Below, piece after piece: positions 62,894 through 64,000 of a stretch of DNA of 64,000 nt. The position numbers and the translations under genes were made by a program. This DNA is from Nitrospirota bacterium (GTDB taxonomy: Bacteria; Nitrospirota; UBA9217). Within the stretch, counting starts at the first letter, position 1. Each line of letters starts with the position of its first letter. Below the pieces are notes generated by a model, which did no database searches, was not told the DNA's origin, and was given only the letters and a program-made list of their open reading frames with translations. Where the stretch lies: assembly GCA_963818475.1 (NCBI GenBank), contig CAWFSF010000005.1:448001-512000 (forward strand), read 5' to 3'.

Positions 62894-64000
62894 GTGGCAG
62901 ATGAACATCAGGAGAGAAAAGAACGCCTTGTGTCTATCGGGTTTACCGTACTATTCGCTATCCTTACATGTTCCCTTACCGTCCCTCCAGCCGCGGCGCA
63001 AACCAAATCGCCGCCCAACAATCGGACGGCGATTACAGCCGTTATTATCCAGGATTCTCCTCCTACCTCCTTTCAGGACCCGAAAACACTTAAAGCCGCC
63101 GGCTTTGCCGTTGATGTCATGGACGAAATAGCCGCGCGTGCGGGGCTTTCCGTGACCTATCATTTTGAAAAGGACTGGGCGGCCGTCATCACAGCAGTAA
63201 GGACCGGGAAGGCGGACATAGCTCCCGTGGTGGGAATAACCGCGGAGAGACAAAAAATCCTGTCATTTACCACGACGGTCGACACCTACCCCCTTGTCAT
63301 ATTCGTACGGTCCAATGACCACTCCATCTCGGCATTGCGAAACGATCTCAGAGTCGGAGTAATTGAGGGCAGCTCCGCGCACGAAATAATAAAGAAAAAG
63401 CACGGCAAGGTATCGTTCAGGACCCTTAACGGCTATTCCGACGGTCTGTTCAATTTGCTGGCCGGCAATATAGACGCTTTTTGTTGCGCGCCCTTTACCC
63501 TGCTGGGCCTGGCGAGGGATGCCGGGGTTGAGGACAAGATCAAGATCGTCGGCGCGCCGATCATGGAACTCAAACGGGGCATGGCAGTGCGGAAAGACGA
63601 TGCAAAGCTTTTAGCGAAGCTCAACGACGTTACAGAGGGTTTCGTCGGTTCTCCCGAGTATCAGCGGATTTATATGAAGTGGTTCGGCTCGTCTAAGCCT
63701 TTTATGGCTGTCTCGAAAAAAACGCTTCTGAGAACGATAGTGATATTTATGATCATCGGCGGCATGGCTTTATGGCGATACATCTCAGTCACCGGTTTGA
63801 ATCGCAAGCTTCAGCAAGAGATTTCCGAGCGCGTCAGAGCCGAAGATACGCTCCGGGAGAAAAACACCATGCTTCACACCTTGATCCATGCCATCCCGGA
63901 CCAGGTTATTTTCAAGGATTTCGCAGGCCGATATTTGCTCGTGAACAAGGCTATGGAGGAAACCTTCGGCCTCGGACAGGAAGCGTTTGTGGGTAAGACC
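62894..64000 (+). CDS. Paralogous SBP_bac_3 plus PAS sensor protein; runs off the window
   Basis: Read by hand from GTG 62894: VADEHQERKERLVSIG...AGFAVDVMDEIAARAG, closely similar to the 59776 gene. Confidence 0.85.
   Translation, partial: MADEHQERKERLVSIGFTVLFAILTCSLTVPPAAAQTKSPPNNRTAITAVIIQDSPPTSFQDPKTLKAAGFAVDVMDEIAARAGLSVTYHFEKDWAAVITAVRTGKADIAPVVGITAERQKILSFTTTVDTYPLVIFVRSNDHSISALRNDLRVGVIEGSSAHEIIKKKHGKVSFRTLNGYSDGLFNLLAGNIDAFCCAPFTLLGLARDAGVEDKIKIVGAPIMELKRGMAVRKDDAKLLAKLNDVTEGFVGSPEYQRIYMKWFGSSKPFMAVSKKTLLRTIVIFMIIGGMALWRYISVTGLNRKLQQEISERVRAEDTLREKNTMLHTLIHAIPDQVIFKDFAGRYLLVNKAMEETFGLGQEAFVGKT

Overview
GC-rich bacterial chromosomal window. Gene content and order (ispE-spoVG-tRNA-Gln-prs-rplY-pth-ychF; ffh-rpsP-rimM-trmD-rplS-rnhB-yraN; c-type cytochromes; RACo; many PAS kinases) suggest an anaerobic Nitrospirota/Desulfobacterota-like organism; this is inference, not a database result. 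Single-base indels split many genes, including essential ones, so this is almost certainly an unpolished long-read assembly. I stitched genes across frameshifts and did not call them pseudogenes. Two housekeeping clusters (about 23-32 kb and 39.7-47.8 kb) are flanked by accessory regions. The first (9.3-17.1 kb) is an AT-richer island with two integron-integrase remnants, an attC-bearing cassette and an IS481-like element with 6-bp target duplication. Next comes a NosL/MacB-type ABC operon without nosZ. The window ends in a sensor-kinase array (52-64 kb). Best leads: (1) an unassigned, roughly 310-nt, extensively base-paired RNA with its own promoter and terminator at 3.1-3.5 kb; (2) a secreted heme-c/triple-rhodanese protein with an in-frame UGA and SECIS-like hairpin (probable selenoprotein); (3) a tusA-dsrE2-GAF/PAS histidine kinase operon that may be a persulfide-sensing module; (4) a stand-alone MshEN micro-protein with a perfect sigma70 promoter; (5) about 18 intergenic palindromic repeat elements, mostly built from 9-10-nt or 7-nt tandem units and sometimes nested.
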